Below are positions 60,640 to 64,000 of a stretch of DNA of 64,000 nt, one piece after another. The stretch lies in the NCBI RefSeq assembly GCF_009914755.1, contig NC_060929.1; one strand, written 5' to 3'. Position 1 is the first letter of the stretch. Each line of letters starts with the position of its first letter. A program made the translations under genes and the position numbers. Under the pieces are notes generated by a model. The model saw nothing but the letters and a program-made list of their open reading frames with translations. It made no database searches and was not told where the DNA came from. Origin of the DNA: the human T2T-CHM13v2.0 reference genome, Homo sapiens.

Positions 60640-62590
60640 CAATTTTAGGTTATACAAATATTTTTGGATTTGTCACTGTCTATGCTGATGTGTCATTAAC
60701 ATTTTTAACAATGTCTTTTTTTAAAAGTTGGAATAACTATGAACTTAGAGATACATTGTAAATAACAATAAAAATAGCTTTTCACTTGAACCATTTGAAA
60801 ATTATTTACCATCCTGGTTCCCTGTAATCCAAAATATTCTATTGTGGACTTCCCACAATTAAGCAAATTTTTCAATACAACCACAATATCAACATGAAAA
60901 TTAAGTAACCAACACTGATACTTTATATACAATCCTCAAACCTCAGACTCCAGTCAAGTTTAACCAATCATTGTCCAAATAATTTTCGTTACCAAAAGAG
61001 TACAATTCAGAATTATGTGTTGCATTTAGCTGTCATGCCTCTTCTAGCTTGGACCATTTTCTCAGTCTTTTCTTAAAAAGGCTTTCATGGCCTTAACTTT
61101 TCAACATGATAGGAGTGTTATTTTGCAGAATGTCACTCAGTTTGGTTTTGTCTGATGTTTCCTCATGATTAGATTCAATTTATACATCTTTGACAGAAGT
61201 ACCACAAAACTGATGGTACAGTCTTTCTTATCATTCCATTCTATAAAATGATGTAGAAGTTTTGATTTGTCTCATTACTGCTGATATTCCCTTTGATCTT
61301 TTGATTAAGGTAATGTTTGTCAGGATATCCTTTGTCAAATTACTCTTTTTACTTCATAATTAATAAGTATTTTGGTGGTTGACTTGCGAAGCTAGATAAA
61401 TATTCTTTTTCTCAGAAGCTTTCAATTATTCATTCATCAGAATGGACTATTTTATTCAATGGGGTATAATCCGTTTGAGTAATTTTTTATTGGTATTTTT
61501 GCCCAAGATTTGACCACTGGGAGCTTCTTGAAGCTGACTCCTGTGTCCCTTTTTGACATGGCACCCTCCCTCTTGGAGGACTTCCTTGCTTTCCAGCACA
61601 GCAAAATCTTTCAAGCATATCTTAACTTTTCCTTCCCCATCCCTGGAATCAGATATTTCTCTTAGGAACCCTTATTCCTTTAAGTGGAAAATGGTATCCA
61701 AAACCAAATCTAATCTAATCTAATGCTTTGGAGGATTTTCACTGGTACTGATAGAGACAGGAAGCAGCCAAATGCCTAGGCAAATAGAAGCAGGTCCCCA
61801 GTGAAACCCCACCTCCACGCTGAAGACAGTTTAAAGCCTGAAAGCCAAGCAAAGGGTTAAATCACTAGACTGGAATGAGAATGTATCTTCCTCTTTGGCG
61901 TGCTTTCCTCAGGTTTGTCTCCACCCTTGACCTATTTTACATATACCTACCCCTTTCTAATTGGTTTTCTACACTGTCGTGCCTGTCTTCAAATGGTATC
62001 TTTACTTTAATCTTTTTTGTATATTCATAAACCAATCAGAATGCACTCCCTATTCTGAGTCCATAAAAGGCCCCAGACCCAGCTATACAAGGAAACTTTC
62101 CCACTTTCAGTTAGGGGGACCAAACCCATGTCTGCTCTCAGCTGAAATCCATTTTCATTGCTCAATAAAATTCTTCTCCACCCTCATCACCCTTCAATGT
62201 CCAGCATAACCTCATTCTTCTTGGGCAGGGTACAAGAGCTTGGGAACTGCCAAACATGGGTACAATTTATAACACCTGTGAGGTGGGGCATGCCAGCATG
62301 GCCGAGTGAACCCTGGGGCATTGCTGGCCAGGGTTCCCTGGCTTGCAATGTGACCAAGAAGAAAAAATCCTACATCAGTACCATGTCTTCTAAGTGGAGA
62401 GAACTAAGGAATATGTGTACATATGCACACATATATGCATGTATACCTATATTTCATTCTATTTCTATTTTTATATATTGAAAAACCAGTAGTGCACTGA
62501 TACCTTTGATTCTAGACCAACATCACAGGGTTAAATATAATTTTATCCCTTTTTATATCTGTGATTTTGTTTTCTGACAGTGAGGAATTT
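60640..62590 (-). mobile_element. L1MC/L1ME 3' region, interrupted by an LTR
   Basis: ttttgcagaatgtcactcagtttggttttgtctgatgtttcctcatgattagattca, typical of L1MC 3'UTR in reverse. Confidence 0.7.
61749..62377 (+). mobile_element. ERV1 solo LTR (LTR27-like)
   Basis: TGatagagac...catCA, CCAAT, cataaaa, AATAAA; 4-bp TSD gtac at 61745-61748 and 62378-62381. Confidence 0.88.
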
Positions 62591-64000
62591 GTGTGTTTAT
62601 ATGTATTTATTTCATCTTTCTGCCTGTATATAACCTGTCTCCCATGCACATGTCCACCTCATTCTACTTGGCTCTGACATCCTTCTGTTTGGGGATGCCC
62701 TCTTTCCCCTACTCATGGTTAACCCTCTGTACTTCTCTGTGTCACTGAGCCTGTCAACCTCACCTGGGCCCTGAAACTTTCCAGGACAATTTTCCACTCC
62801 GTATAGATTCCTTCCTCATTCCATCTGGGTTTTGATTCTCTACATTTGGCCTCTGCCTTCCACTCCCATCATGGGTACATCCACCTTGCTCTAAGCTACC
62901 TAAGTGCTTTAGTGCTGAATTTTTCTTGAAGGGAAAGGGATAAGTGTAGAGGAAGCTCCAGAGAGGGCTTTTGCTAGAAGAAATAGATGTGAGTGTTGTT
63001 AGTATATAGAATGTTTACGGTTGAAATCATTCACTTCTTATAGCTTGTGATCACATCTCCTCCCCCATATGGTCATTAACACCCTGGTCCTCACAACCTC
63101 AGGGCCTGTAGCTGGTTAGAAACACCCATGAACGTGCAAAGTCTCAGCTGTAGTTTTATTTCTTTCTTCTCTCTAACACCTGGGGATATCCCTTTTTTCA
63201 TTTTGTATTTGGACGTGTATTTACAATTTTTGGTTATATTGTATCCAGCCTGTCTATGTGTTTATAATGAGAAAAATGATGATTTGTACCAGTTTATTCC
63301 ACCATGTTGCCCAGACATCCCTTTGACACAGTTTTTAAACATTTTTCTGTCAGATTTATGTGATCACTTTCTGAACTAAATCAAAGGAAAGTAGCAGATG
63401 ATGACAGATGTTTCTATTTAGTATTTATTTATCAAAAATATTTCCAGCAGGTACTATATTTAGTTCAGTTGTCAGAAAAGTAATTTAGCTTGAAGCATTT
63501 CCTCTTAAAATGTAACAACACAGTGTATTATATTAATGGCATGTCTCTCATTATAGTTTATGAATCAGATGAGATAAAATGAAGTATTGAAATAACAGGA
63601 GGGCCTCACCTCCATGTTCAGGCTTTTCCCCAGGCAATGTCACCATGGACAAGAAGAACCAGAGAGAAGAGAAACCTGAATTCTTAAGGTTTAAGTTTCA
63701 GAATCTGTGGTGTAAATTTGAGGGAGACAGAGAAGCTATTATATTCTATGATGGCTGCAAATTCCTCCTGATAGAAAGGAGTGAAATCTCTCTGTGACTG
63801 AATTTTTGAGAGGTGAGAGCCACTAAAGTGGTTGTTGAGTCAGAGTGAGAGTCCATCCTCTTCATGAGCAAGCACCATCCTTCACCAGTGTGAGCAATGT
63901 GGTGGCCAATTAGATCTTCCATTCACGTGACTACTGAACTAAATAGACGGCTGATTAAGGAGTCTACTTAGTTCTAAGTAGTAGTTAGGAGTTCTCCACC

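Overview
This is primate (human-like), AT-rich, repeat-dominated DNA with no intact protein-coding gene. Almost all ORFs in the track come from retroelements or low-complexity sequence. The core (about 9-24.4 kb) is a nested stack: an old L1MB-like LINE contains an MLT2 LTR and a younger L1PA-like fragment. That fragment is split by an AluSc and by a two-LTR HERV-K(HML-3)/MER9 provirus (13459-23506), whose env is in turn split by a 3-kb L1PA insertion. Elsewhere lie a full-length THE1 element inside an ERVL integrase relic, a twin-primed 5'-inverted L1PA, several Alus, ERV1/ERVL solo LTRs, MER45 and Tigger DNA transposons, L2/MIR relics and microsatellites. I found no credible new biological system. 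The most notable observations are: (i) a 167-bp perfect copy of the provirus's own 3' LTR, including AATAAA, pasted into env; (ii) two L1s 32 kb apart that share a 9-bp duplication; (iii) several template-switch palindrome scars; (iv) a quasi-palindromic AT tract grown from an L1 tail; and (v) weak candidate host exons at 7280-7326 and 43141 onward. Repeat subfamily names are from recalled consensus sequences, not a database search, and boundaries of old repeats are approximate.
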